64,000 nucleotides of DNA, taken from assembly GCA_973895155.1 (NCBI GenBank), contig OZ316897.1:19354168-19418167 (forward strand). The letters run 5' to 3'. The translations under genes and the position numbers were made by a program. This document shows, piece by piece, positions 35,794-54,367 of the stretch; positions within the stretch are counted from its first letter, which is position 1, and each line of letters starts with the position of its first letter. Below the pieces are notes generated by a model that did no database searches, was not told where the DNA came from, and was given only the letters and a program-made list of their open reading frames with translations. Source of the stretch: Marsupella aquatica. Taxonomy: Eukaryota > Plantae > Marchantiophyta.

Positions 35794-37522
35794 ACTACGG
35801 GGGTTAAGAATCCCACAATGCACACCCTCGCTGTACTGCTTGTTGCCTTGTTCCCGTAGAAGCTGAAGGGCTTTGCTCCGTCAGCATCGTTCGTTGTGAT
35901 CGCTACAGTTTGATGCGCTTTTCGCTCTGCCTTTTGCAGCACGATTCACAGTCCCTCGGGTCCTCCGTTCGACTGCTCTCCGGCCCTCTCTGTTTCACTC
36001 TGAAGCTTGTGCTCTGCTCTGTGAAGTTTCTCTCGCATTACATTACTGTACTTCAACGCAAAGAATGTTTACTTGTTGTTGATTAATTTAACGGACTGGA
36101 TTCAGGAGAGGGAGAGGAGGACAGATTATTGGAGAGAGCAAAATCGACCTCGCAAGATGGCAGCCTTGAGAGTGATTGTTTGGAGAGGAGGGAGAAGCGT
36201 GGTTTGCGTCATCGTTGCTTGAGGCCAATCGTAGTTTCTCCCACTATAGGTGGTGGTAAACTATCTACTTTATCGGTTATAGAAAACCCCGTGTTAACTT
36301 TTAGAAGGAGAAGGGAGAATTGGTAGATAATAATAGGTCATAAATTGGTTTGCTCTGCACGGGAGAATTGCGTAGAGACGAGAATTGCGTACAGACAGCA
36401 CGTAAGATTTTAGGGAAGAGCACCTTTGTGGCTGCTGTGTATTTCAACAGCTGCAGTAGTAAGGAAGCAAAGCGAGGGACGACGTCAATCGACTTTGAAG
36501 CCGCGGAGGAAATTTGAGCTGTGGGAAGCAGGTTGTGTTCAGTAGCAGCTCAATAGATAGACGATCAGATAGACGATCTGGAATTGGTGTTGAAATCGGC
36601 AATAGAACAAGCAAAGAGGGAAACTGCTTGATTTTCATGATTTTCCTCTGTTTCAGCCAGTGGAATAGCGGAGAGAATTTGAAATCGAGGGCCTGCAGAA
36701 ATGCGTCACAGCGCTGGTGTCTACATAGCTCGAACGCTTTTAAAACACTGACGAGGTGTAGGAATTATAAGTATACGTGACCTGTGAAGAACCGCAGCTG
36801 CAAACTAGTTTTTTTGCTCGACCTTCGGCGTTCTACTCTGTCGCTGTAGTCAAGAATGAATGGTCCTTAAGATCTTGGTAAAGAGCTGATGACGATGACG
36901 ACGAATGCGGTGGCTGCCTGATGTTGCGGCAGCACGTGCTGGAGTCACACTGCCGTATCTTCGTCCACGCACACCTCTTTCTACAGCGTTGGCATCGTGT
37001 TATGAGAAGAAGGATTCTTCTTGTTGATTCGCATCACAGTCTAGGGGCCCGTTTTCCAAACATGCTCTCCTGAGCAAAGCGCTGAAGATTTGTCACCACC
37101 GCAACAGCTCCGAAATGGCAGGTTGGCTGTCGCTAACTTTTTGCCTTCCCTGTGCTCGACCAATTTATCTGTTCTTTACTCACGATGGCGTAAACTTCGG
37201 ACTACAATGAAGGGTCGGGAATTCTATCTGGTTCTGTTTCGAGAATTGGGGACGCGTAGCCTGATTCTGTTCTTACTGGTCAATATGGCAGGGTTGAATT
37301 GTCACAGAACAGGAAGGTTGTTCGAGGCATAGCGGGCCCCAAGCCTGGAGGAAGGACGGCTGGAGATACAGTAGCAGGAAAAAGGATGACGAGGTGACAG
37401 TCGTCTGCGAGAATCTGTCACTGCGGGCCTCGCTCGTTCCTTCGCCTGTGGCGTTTTTCACTTTGTCCGTGGGAGGTTGCAGGCACAATCGTAGGTCGAC
37501 AGTGACACGAAAAAGCAGGGAA

Positions 37523-41779
<4,257 letters not shown>

Positions 41780-42722
41780 AACAGTTCGCTGTATGATAAA
41801 CTTTGTATCTCAAGGATCTAGGAAGCCTTTACCTGTGCATACTTCTGATTGAAATGTAGAGGAATTCTTGCTACAGCATTATTGTTTGTTATTTATTATG
41901 ACAGACAGGCCAGGCAACAAAAATTTGCTCCACCAGGAGTGCAACTATTGACCCTAAGAGGATTGTGGCACTGATGATATAGATCTGCAGCTGAGAGCTA
42001 TAATCGTTCTTGGGGTTATTTGAATTAGGTGCAGTTCCTGGATTTCGTTTCAATGTTATCAATGGGATTTTCCCGAAGCAAAAGTATAACCTTGCACAAG
42101 TGTAGCAGATGATGAGATTGACCGACCTTGCTCCGAGCGAATACAAATGTGTACCAATGTTCCAGATGAAAGAAATGTGTAGCAGATGAAAGATTGAGGA
42201 GAGGACTATTGCAGGGAATCGAAATAAGTGATGCTCCGCTTTGTTTAGAGGGGTGTAAGCGATTACTTTTTCCTTCTGTCCACCATTTGGCACTTTCTTG
42301 GATTGATTGAAGCGCAAAGGTGCCTTGCAGGACATGAGTATATTACGTGTTCTTCGCTGTTCTTTGCAGGATGTCTGTCAGGGAATTTGTCGGTGCCCCA
42401 GAATGCATGTGACCTTCACTGACGCCAAACCAAAGTTTGCAGGTGTTTGTTGTGTCCCTGTTTACTAGAGTAGACAGTGAGAGGCCTAAGTGAGAATGAT
42501 TGTTGGAAAGTCACTTTGCCTTAAGTTGGAGATCCCTTCGATAGAGATAGAGTCTAGAGCATTGTAATAGTTAGACCATACCAGATATGTAAGTACCGGG
42601 GAACAACGGAACATGATGTGTGTTGAGTACTTCCAATTTTGGTAGAACTTCATTGGACCTTCAGTGACTTATGAATCTTGCAGTAGGAAGGCATCAATAT
42701 TTGGCCTCATGAGTATTTCAAT

Positions 42723-45700
42723 TCAATCAAAGTCCATCTTCACATCAGTTACATCCAACTGTAAAATTTCTGCAACGCAGCCTAGCAGCGACCCAACACT
42801 GCAGAAGCCGTAAGGAAACAAATCTGGTTAGTAGTTGATTGAGAAGCATGTCACAGGTACTTTAGATTAGTCCTTCAATACAACTGTTGGTATCCTCCGC
42901 GTTAAGATGTTGCACATTGCTGGATCTAGTGAGCAGAAATTCCAACAATTTAAAATACTTTTCTGTGCAAAACTACAGACAGCTGATCTTCGACGAGTGA
43001 GATGAACCTAGCTTAGAGTGCTATTCATTTTTTAATTTCCCTTGCTGGATTTACGTGGGACGCAACTTATCTGAGGGAACCTGTAACGGTACATATAGAT
43101 TGCAATAGCCCTTCAACCTAATGGTAACCCTTTATCTTATGAGCATATTTAGATTAGAAAACTCACTTTGGATAAGTTCGACCTAGGTCACCATGAACAA
43201 ACTCCTTGATGTAGGTTCCAGCCTATACCAACAGAGACCGAACGTCAGAGATTTCATGCAGTCACATCCAAGAATGCGATTCCTTAAACCAGACCATCCC
43301 CCTACAGCATGGGTTGTAGAAAGGAGAGCACAGGATTCCAAACAGCTTACTACATGACAAGAAAACGTGAGTACTCAGCAGGTTACGTCACTAGACGAAT
43401 AGACCAACACCAGAATATGTCCGCAGTTGTTGCTGCTTTCCTAGCCTCTGTTTCTTTAGCATTCTCAACTATGACGTTCTACATCTTTCTGAAGGAGTAC
43501 GGTGAGCTTAGCTCATGTTGTATGGTCTACTGGCTTACACCTGAGGCGATCAGGGAAATTGGATGCCACCGATATGCACATAAACAAATAGGCCTCTACA
43601 TTTTCAATGCTTCGTTTGTCAACGCACCATCCATACACGGAGGTGAACTGATGAGGTTTTTATCAGTCACACTCTTTATCAGTACATATTATCGATGATT
43701 GCATACCTGCGTGCAAAGGTGGAGAAGGAAGTAGTGTTCGCTGCCTTCTATCCGCTCACATCGTACCCTGCAATTTTACCGCGTGCAAGTGAAACCAGTC
43801 GTCAGAACCCTACCTTTCACTGCTCCAGGTTTGATACGTTCAGTAGCTTAGAACGGAAAATTATTTTGATTCAAACGTTGCAGTTCCTCATACTTTGCAC
43901 GCACCAATGAATTGTTCTTGGACGAGTAAGTGGACTCCGACGATGTAGAACCCTTATCGGAGTCTTCTGCTGCACTTCCTGCGGATTAGAAAGGAAGTAA
44001 GACATTAAAAAGGACATCTTAGAGGTAAGAAATCCTCCTTCTGTTCCTCAGATGAGAACATGAGTGTCATGACGGAACAGACTTGCTTACAACGGCTTCA
44101 TTCCGTGAGTAGCATATTCAAATCTACCATGTCTGTCCGGACCGTTATGCAAAGGGTGCAGAACCGGAGGACTAGAATTCCACATTTCACAATATGAAAA
44201 GTCAACAGTGTTAAAAGCTTGGAGAAAAACGTTGTGTGAAGAGATGTGAAAGGAAACTTCTTGAAGCCCCAAACCCCCACTAACCCCCTTTAAGTGGTTT
44301 ACAAAGAAAAGCAGGGTGCGTTACCAATTCCTTCAGATCCGACAAACATTTGAAATCTGCTTCTGTCACAGGGCGGTCAAGCCATACAACTGCAGCATAT
44401 TGCTTCTGCAACCAACGAATGCAATATGCAAATTTTAAGTGAGGCTAGAACATCGTTTGCGTGGCCTCTAAGAAAGGTAGATTTTACAATGAAGTTCTGC
44501 AGCGTTATACATGAAGTTTTGAAAGTAATGGAGAAACGTAATAAGAAGTACATGAGAGGATCTTCGCTACCAGGTCTTTATGTCAAATTCTCATACCACC
44601 TGAAACTGTCTACTTTGGTCTTTATAGGCAGCCTTGATCCATAGATGACCCCATTCTCGCATCCTTTACCATTATGCAGTAATATGGGAGGTAACATTAG
44701 AGTCAATAGTACAGACCCCCACAATGGATTCGAAATTGCGGTCGGTGCAGTTACCTGCTTTTCTGTTTCTCCCTCTCGCATGAGAGCACACACTTCACTT
44801 CCAACTTGCCGGAGGCCCTTTACTTTTACCTGCTCTGCCTCATTCCAAGGACAGATGGATCAGCCATCATGCAATGCCAATGACAACTACACTACACAAA
44901 ATTTAATATGAACAGCGCACTTGAGTAAAATACTGTGAACATTCCATACCGAACTATCATTCGAACACAATTGGTTGTGGAATAGATAACGTCTTTCATA
45001 TTTGAGTATGGTCTAAAATTCATTGCTAATTGCTTTTGACTATACATTCAAGTCTCTGGCCGCTTGTGCTCATATCCTTTCCTAATCGCCCTGTAGAACA
45101 ACTCTAGGACATGAGGTCTTGTATCATGACAAGCTGTGAACGTGCAGGTACATGATTGAGTTAGAAGGACCCTGGTAATACACGTATGGCACCGAATCAG
45201 CTGCTTACATCCAGTTCTGGAGATCGACTTATAATCTCTAAAGAATCTACTAGATACAAATAGAATCTCAATGACAGAGGACTCACCCAGCCTTCTTTAT
45301 TGCTATTAATCTCCGCTTCTGCCTTAACCATATCTGATGCTGATGGGATAACACGAGCATTACAGATTTCCAAGATAAAGGGTCGACCATTTCCTAGCAT
45401 TCGAACCTGGGATAGCCAGACAAAGACGTATCAAATTTTCATCATCAATCTTCAAAAGCCGACCGAATGAAGACAAGCTTGATCCTTCACAAGCATATTA
45501 TCTGCTTGTGAATAAAAAGGGCACCAGATGCTATTAAGTTTCGAGGCACAGTGCATACGTCGATGTCCTCACGGCCGGCAGCATGAAACTTATATGAGTC
45601 AGCCCTGTGATAGGGGAACACCACATCACCTATTATCTCCTGCATGGAAAAATAAGATAAAAGATCAAGTAGATCCTTTAGAAAGACGAGGCATTTCAAG

Positions 45701-48700
45701 AGCCCAGTGGTTTGAGATTCAGTAGATCTTATGACCTGACGAAGGAAAACATGATACATGAGACAAGAGTGATTTTTTGATGCAAGATTCTAGAAAGGAC
45801 TCCATGACTCAATGACCCTTTTGGCAACGACAATTCCATAGATTTTACTAAACGAACTGGATAACTGAGAAGCACCCACCTGCACCGAACCATCTCCCAT
45901 GCGTTCATCATCAATTAACCAACGACTCTGGCTGATATTGCGGGACAGCTACATAAAACAGAGAATCTTTAGAAACTCCGGAAGACATTCTAGGGCACGT
46001 TGAAGGCCCTTTGAAATTTGAGTTTAACTACTGAGTAAAGGTCGCTAACTGTAGCATTCGAGGTTCGAAATTGTACCTTCAAATACCTCCCACCTACATA
46101 GATTGAGTTTCTCCAGCACATCGCTGTAAGTTGACACGATATTTCCACCTGCATACTTAAACGGGAGGAGATAATTGATCAGTGGTCTTCACTCCTTGGA
46201 CACTTCGAAATTCTAGTTTTAGAATTATCCTGAAGCTAGAGACACTCATCTCTGGCAAGGGACGGCCTTGACGTAATATCTCCTTTCAGGTAATATAATG
46301 TAAAGCTAAGTCCATACTTTGCAATCCTAGAAGTCCCCGTAATGTTCTAACATGAGTTTCCAAATCATCCAGGTAGCCTCCTTTCACCCATATATTGACG
46401 ACCCAAAGCTTGCAAGGAAGCAGATCACCTCTGATGGAGGACAAACGTATTGTCGATTAAATGAATCATTGCTCATCGAAGCAAGAACTCTCTGCACTGA
46501 ACCTAGAGATTCCCCAGCTTCTGCTGCTGCTCGTGCAGCTACAACAGCTCCAAAACCTTTATTACTGTTGGAATCATTCTGCCCTGCAGCCCAGGCAAAT
46601 ACGTGTTTTCGTTCACAGATTGGAAAACTCTTTACAAATGTACAAGACCCCTTCCAATGCACTGGCCAAAGACACTCATTTGCCTTTTGAACTTCTTAAG
46701 AGATACACCAACATGAGTACGTAGTGAACAACACAGATCTTACCATAAGTAGAAGAAAATCCAGTACCTGCACCCTGTCGTCTTCTCTTTCCATCCCCTC
46801 CAGCTGCAGCAGCTAAAAACTCATTGTCCGACACAGATCCCGGGTGTTTGTAGACCAGAGCAATTCGAAATGTCGAGTTTGCATCAAACTTAACAGACTG
46901 CAGTAATTAAAGAAATTTAATACGACGGTCAGACGTGAGAAAAAGTTAAGAATGATACCATTCGAAGCATGCATGAAACATGAATTGTGAACAGCCAAGC
47001 ATCAATCTAGCAAATCATGATTCGGAGGCCCAAGACGTGCCAATCAAGAGAAATATATACCAGTGATTGATCAAGTCGATCGATCAGAGACCATTTAAAA
47101 GCTTCTTTCAAGGATATGATGTGATCATTGACATCCTGACCATTAAAAATGGCCTCTTCTTTATATTTATCCTTCAAATAGCACCTGTTCCAAACATACA
47201 AATCATTGGTAATTTGCGTTACAATAAGATCATAAGAACAAGTCATCTTGATACTAACCCTTTTCAAGAAGGACGATAAGCTGCACCTGATCAAGAATGA
47301 TCCTTTTGTCAAAAGACTAGTTTTTATCCTTAGTTTAATTTCAAGGGATGTGTCCACTAAAAGGACTACAAACGAGCATTGGTCGTCATCATCTACACTA
47401 TTTACACCTAAGCACACGAGTGTTTCCTCATTAATCTGTGCTAAATTCATTGACCAGTGACTTGAAGGGATTGAGAGGAGTGGCGGTACCAAAGGCCACG
47501 CTCCCGGACAAGAATCACAGCTGGCAGAGAAATCTCCAAGCAGAAAGAGTCAAATGTGTGGCCTCCTTGTCGGATTGCTTGAGATACACAAGTCAATGCA
47601 TATTGACCAGTATCAGTACCATCTCCTGATCCCTGTAATTGGCACTCGATTTCCTCTTCTTTCTGATCCAGATGTTCCAATGTTCCAAGGCACACTAAGC
47701 AAGGCTTAGCTTTTCCAGCAGGAGCCACGTCCAGATCCGTTTGTTTAAGAAGACCTTCTCTCGGGGTATTTCCATTTACAGAAGAGAGTTCGTCCTGAAA
47801 GGTTGCCGGTGTGGGTAACGAGATTGCATACACAGGACTCCGTACATTCAAGAATCGAAAAATACACCGCAGACAGATCTGCAGCACAAACCTCGATCAG
47901 TACCCAAACTAGTTAAATTAGCTTATATCCAAGTAAAACTCGTTGAAAACCTAAAATACAGCTGAACTCTCTCCCCTATACGGACTCGATAGGATGGTTC
48001 TCACTGCAATTGTTTTCTGCCCACACGTCCCAGACGATTAATACCTTGAAGTTTCCGGTAAAACCTTCAGCGTCACTAATCGCAAATTATTTAAATTATG
48101 AGGCCTTGTTGAGGTAGAATCTTCACGTTTCTTCAGGTTTATTGTCTCATACATGATTGAAATCTCCTAACAGGATACGCCTGTCTTTAGGTTTCTTTTT
48201 ATCTCACATATGATTGGAATTCTTTTAACAGGATACCATTGTTGTCATTACATATTATGAAATAGTTGCCGCTCAACTTCGTGACAGTGGTCAAGACACA
48301 GTTTACAATAGAGCTATGACATTCTCAGAGATTATGCCTCACTATATGCTATGAAATGACTAGGCAATGCTGCTGATTCCGGACTTACTTTAGTTTACTA
48401 TAATTTCCCTGGAGGTAAGAAGTTGATTATGGAGTTTGGTTTCATATTCAGTTTTGAAATTAAGCTTCCCATTTGTCCACCAGTGCATTACAACACTGTC
48501 GTTCTGTTTCTAAGCAGGGGTTGATCAACATTTCAGATCAGGGGTAGCACCATGAATACCACATAAGAGAGCTCCACTTAATTAAGTCCTACAAGCTAAA
48601 TTGTGGTAGTGACAACGAAAATACTGGACAGCCATGACAGTCAGTAGTAAAATACGTGCTCAAACCGTTACAACGCGCGGTCTTCCACAAGAGATACCGT

Positions 48701-48888
48701 CGCTCTCAAGAGACACGCCGCTCATTGCATTCCATCAACAGTTTCGAGCGAAGCCAGAAGTAAAAAAACCCTAATACTTGACCGGAATGTGGAGGTAGAG
48801 AGCGAATTACCCGCAGCCGCAGCAGCTCGAGAACAATTGGTTTCGGGAGCGTGGGCAACACTTGTTGCAGCGCCTCCGGGATAGTCAT
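42723..48888 (-). CDS. PUS10: tRNA pseudouridine synthase Pus10
   Basis: 15 GT-AG exons: 48888-48811, 47878-47490, 47184-47061, 46897-46768, 46583-46429, 46148-46077, 45948-45880, 45639-45559, 45406-45287, 44829-44755, 44405-44325, 43978-43905, 43767-43707, 43222-43167, 42798-42723. Motifs: ICLRCIFRF, GGRYLKLSRNISQSRW, FHAAGREDIDVRMLGNGRPF, QKTPIRVLHRR, TQAGTYIKEFVHGDLGRT, ILQLDV. Confidence 0.95.
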
Positions 48889-49261
48889 AACGACAATCTG
48901 GCGAAACACAGGGCTGCCTAGCTCGCTGCCTCCTTGCCTCCTTTAGCTCGCACCCGTTTTATCGTGCAAGGGCAGGGACCCCAGATTTCATGCTTGATTT
49001 TCTTGCCTCACCTGCAGTTCACCTGCAGATTTCAGCGAGTGGGCTCCTCACTATCGGGATTCACGTCTTCGAAGCTTTTCTACGAGCGATTCTTGACGAA
49101 GCACTCGTCTAGCCACTTTGTCAAGTGAAGTTCATTACTGTGCTCTTCGATTCGAACCCTCTCAACGAAAGAACACGATACCAAAGAACAATATTTGGTA
49201 TCGTGTTCTTTCTTATGTTAATTAAAGTTAGCTCATAACCAGTTCAGGACCTGAGCTGATA

Positions 49262-51240
49262 CCATTTTGATGATGCTATAATTGGTGAATACACCTTTTA
49301 TATTTTGTTTTATCCGTACTTTTTGATATGTCAATGTGTCTTAACAAGGTGCATATTTTTTGTCATGTCAATGTGTATTAACAAGGTGCATCTCTTTTAT
49401 AGTTTAGATTTTGAACTTATATTGGCATGTCTGTAAATATTTTTATTTCTTGCTATCCTAGTGCTCTTCTTCCTTGGCTAATTCTAGATTCCAATATTGT
49501 GCAACCAACACTTCAACAGCTCTCATGGAATTTCTAGCACTTCTTCTCATGAGTGGGAAATGATTCTAAACAAAGTGCTTGACATGTGTCTTTAGGTTCT
49601 CCTCATGGTTTTGTTTACTAAATTTACTGTTTGAATTGATTTGTGTGTCATTACCTAAGGTAAGTACATAAGTATGTCTACACTTGTACAGTATGTGCAC
49701 AACCCAATACGGTAGACTTGAACTTGTCCAGTTGTCCTGGTCATCATTACTTTTCCTTACATGTGTTGTACTTCTACTCTTGTATTATATGTGCTTCAAT
49801 ATCATACACTTGTAATTCATCCCACTCAATCTTAACAAATATGCCGTAGCTAGCCACAAAAAATAAGATCACCTACATTTCACTTAAAGACCAAAAATGA
49901 AGCATGTTCATCTATATATTCTGAAAGTGAGTTAAGAGTGGCTTTATTGGAATTCTGGCCTAGTGCTTCTTTCTATTCCCTCTAACATTCTGAGGGTGGC
50001 TTTACAAGAAATCCCATTCTCTAAGATTGTGAGCTCGATCAAGATGTACTCTCAGCCCATTTGCTTCTTTATATTCTTGCTACATTGCTGGCTCAAGACT
50101 CTTCTCATTCAGTCTAAGATTAAATCTGGATTGTAAAATGAATAAAACTGTTGCAATTGGCTTAACAACAAATAGGGGCCCATTTGGGCATGGGCGTCTA
50201 TCTATGCTACATGGCAAGCAATGGGCCCAAGCAAATGCTTACTTGGAGTGATTATTTTCTAGAGTTTTAGACCACCTCCCTCTCCATTAAGTGGCTTAAA
50301 AATGTGCAAACTTTGGCTAGCTAATTCATATAGCATGGTCATCCCAGATTGAACATGTTTCATTTTTGTCTTGCAGACAAACATGTAGGTGATCTTATCT
50401 CTTTTGGGCTGTTGCATAGTATTTGTTAAGATCAAGTGAGATAATATACAAGAGTAGATGTACAGAAAATGTAGAGGAAATATATACCACAATGACCAGA
50501 AAATTACAAGTCTTGGGTACCTAAGAGTTGATGTGCACATAAGATACAAAATCTGACTTGCCTTAGGTAATGACACTCAAATCAATCAAAACAACAACCA
50601 TGACCATAACCATGTGATTGAGGAGAACTTAAAACAGCAGGTGTCCACATTGTTTAGATTAATCATTTCTTTCTCTCACTCATACCAGGAGACAAAATCT
50701 ATCTCAAGTGGGAGAAGTTCCTTGCAGGGTTTCCTAAAGCAATTGGACACACAATATTGAAATAAAAAATTAGTGGGAATTAAAGAAGAACTCCATATTA
50801 CAAAAATAATTTTGGGTCATTTTGTTGTTTACTTAATGTAGAACAGATTAATTACTGCAAATTTCTACATCTGTTTGATATCATTTCTATGATACCCGAT
50901 CAATAGTATTCACCTAAAATATTGTAAATACCATCACATTGCCATTAGGGGAATATACACCTAATGCAAACTGGAGGGCAATATCCAAAACTCTTGTCAA
51001 TTTGATATACATTTCTTACACTAACAACTCTGGATATCAAATGGATAATTATACAACCCACTTTTGCGATGGCCAGGATAACAAGGATTACATTAAGAGG
51101 ACTGCCAAAATAAATTCAAAGTCTAAGTAATCCAAAAGATGCACCTTGTTAAGGCTCATTGAAATATAAATACACAACACAAAGTTTGAATAAGACAAAA
51201 TACTGAAAGGTGGCTTTGCCAGATAGCCCTATCAATAATT
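49262..51240. mobile_element. Degenerate foldback / long-TIR element upstream of PUS10
   Basis: Arms ~49262-49910 and ~50340-51240 are diverged reverse complements. Examples: GTGTCATTACCTAAGG(T/C)AAGT, ATAAGATCACCTACAT..AAGAC(C/A)AAAATGAA and GATGCACCTTGTTAA in opposite orientations. Confidence 0.7.
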
Positions 51241-51925
51241 AAGGATTTGTTTATTGAAGGATTTGCACCTATTGAACTTCAGTTCAAAAGATTGTTGGTC
51301 ACTAGTCTAACTTTAGAATAAGAAGTGGCCCTCCAGTTAATTTGCTCTTGCAAAAAATCGTCACAAGTGCCACAAGGTCTTGTAAAGCCATCCTCATACC
51401 CATGCAACGTGTTGCATAGCTGACGTTATTAATGATTAAATATATATACAGACAGCACATAAGACAATAGTCAGTGTTTCTTGTGACCGTTCAAGTGCTT
51501 CTAGACCTTGTTCACGTGGCTCTTTTGAATCTGATGGTTTAGAAAAGTCCAAGGATGAATTTCACAAGCAATCCCTACAGGTCTCATTTGATTTTGTAAC
51601 CAGACCATGCCTGCACTCCTCCCAAGATCACATATTATAGAAGCAGTCTAGCCCAATGCTTGCATGTGCAGTGCACAATGTTGTGGAGAGGAAGAGTTGT
51701 TGAGTGGAATTATTGTGGTGATGAAGAAAATCCTTATCAAAGTGGGATCGAGTATTGTTAAAACTAAAGTGTTGTCACTGCAGAAAACGGTAAAACTAAA
51801 TTTGCACCCCAGTTTGCACGCAAAAAAGGGTACTAGTCCAAAGATAAATGTTGTCATTGCATCTTTGTTGTTGATGCAAAAAGTGATGAAACAGAAGATA
51901 TATGGTCAACACATAAGATGAAATG

Positions 51926-52225
51926 CTCGGGATCTCACTATATGGATGTCTCCCCCATCACCTACGACATTTTTTGGCCTTGGACCTCCTAAAATGTAAG
52001 AAAAAATTTTCAACCCCTATAAAGTTGGAATATTCCAAAAATTTAGTTAGAAAGACCCTAATGTTTTTATAAGTCTAAAAATAAAATAAAAAATAAAATT
52101 GGATTTAAAATACCCTATTGTTCTTATGAGAAATTTTTTAAGTTTTCCTTTCAAACTAAATAATAAAATAACCCTATCATTTATTGTACATGATGTGCCA
52201 TTTTTGTGGAAGTGAAATCCCCAAG
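51926..52225. mobile_element. hAT-type MITE, copy 2
   Basis: TIRs CTCGGGATCTCACT...AGTGAAATCCCCAAG and an 8-bp TSD ATGAAATG/ATGAAACG. Colinear with 2134-2428. Confidence 0.85.
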
Positions 52226-54367
52226 ATGAAACGGAATCATTCAACCTCTCCCTTTCTCCACCCTTCCCTTCCCCTCGCCTCCCCTCCCCATTGAATAGAA
52301 AAAAAATGAGAAACTCTCTATGCGTCCAAAAATTAAAAAAAGAAAAACAGTGATGGTTATTCTTGCCCTCACACTTGTTATATACTAACTTCTCCCACAC
52401 ACCTACTAGACACTTCATTGGCTGCATATCGTCTAGGATTACTTAGTTTGCATGTCACCATATCAAACTGCCTGTTGCCTGTTAGATGCAATCCTAGTCA
52501 TTCATATGTGAGAAAGGGCCACACTTCATTTTACATGAACTTGGGGGCACAAGCAAAACCATTAAATCCAACCTAGTCATCTGTCACTGGGCCCTTGTGG
52601 GTCCTTTTTTTGGCTGATGTGTGCATGCCTTTTTTTGTCAAAAACTTAGATCTCCTCTACTTCATTTTAGCTCAGGCCTTTTAACTCTTGTGTCTAGAAG
52701 AGACCTGAAAGGCCAAGTGAACGGCCCCCACCTTCTTGTAAAGCCCCCCTAAGCAAGCCCCCCTAAGCAACAAGCCTAAAAGATTGGTAAAGTTCAGGAG
52801 AGCCTCACAGGAAGATCACAAAACTAGATTTTAGAAGGTCCCCAAATCAACCCGTGAATAGTGAATGCCTCAGCCCTACTAGGCCAACAGAAACAATGAG
52901 ACACTGAAGGTTTCATATATTAGCTGACCTAAAACTTGACCACAACCTCTCATTTGCTAAGAGATTTGGTAATTATAAGTTGCCGTCACACATCGTTTCA
53001 CAGATCTACATCTAGAACACAACGTGACTGGGTCCTCTATCTGCAACGACAAGGAATGATCAACCGCATGAGGTCTTCGTTGACCAGCAGATGGATAGAC
53101 CTATCCATAATTATACCTAGGTGGCTGAGCCTAGCAGTGGATCAGACTCCAGAAGAAGTCTTGCTAAGATATCTAAATCCACTCCATCCATCCGCGCTGT
53201 TACGAATAGATCATTAGAGCTCGGTCAAAGGCATGGAGCGCACGAGCCATCTGCGACGCTGTAGGACTTCTGTGCGAAATTGAGTATATTAGCCGCAAAA
53301 TACTTGACTTTGCATGAGTTAAAGTCTAGTTTGGAGCAATGGGCCGTTTACCGTTCGCCCGGTTAGCCCGTAATGAGGGATAAAATGTCCCTCTTCCATC
53401 ACCCTAATAGCCCAATTAAGTGCACCCTATGCATCTTGCTGGTGTCAGATTAGGCAACTGAATGACTATAATGAAATCTATGGGGGTAGGGTTACAATTT
53501 GACATTACTGATCCTCTATTACGATAGTGATCCAAGTGAGTAGCAACCAGATTATCGAATGAGTGACTGTACAATCTCTCTAAAGTTTCCAGTGTCCTTC
53601 GATCCAATTCAATACCGGCCCGGGGCTTGATAAATAGTAACAGTTTCATGATTTATCAAAGTGAAAAGGAACTCCTGTTGACGTGAAGTTCTGTACAGGA
53701 TGACAATAGAGTTATAAACAAGGAAAGATCGTGAGGTTGTTCTGTCCTGTTATGTTACAGTTTCGGGATCCTATGTAGCGAATGAGGTACGTACATACTC
53801 TAGTAATGAGTTGCTCTGTGTTGGCCAGAGTAGGCACGTTCACAGAACTTCGAATGAATATAAATACTCCTAGTTCAACTATCTTCTCAGTTGTATACCT
53901 AACACAGTGATTGTAAGGCCGCGCCTTGACTGAGCGTTGGAGGCCGAGGGTTAGAACTCTTGGCAAATAGATCGAAACGTTTTATGAAGGCCTAGTGCCA
54001 AGGCTTTGTGTCTGTTAGAGGATACTGTTGGAAGTTAGTAGACACGAAAAACAATTAATTTCAAACGAAACACGGAAACAGTTTAAGGGGTGTCTGGTCC
54101 TTTCCTGTAAAAAGTTTGTATATTCTCCTTTAAATTTAAGGGGTGTCTGGTCTTATTCAAAAAGTTGGGAACAGCAAAGAGTGGACTCTCCTCCAGTAAG
54201 TTAAAAACTAAATAGTCACCTCTAAAAAATACTTCCGAGTAGCAGGTGACAAGGTGACGTCATTACCGAGGAGCAGGTGACAAGGTTGCGTCATATAGCA
54301 GATTCATCGGAGTTCACCAACAAGGTTTGAGCCACACAGACAATGATTGGTGTGCCAAAAGAATTAT

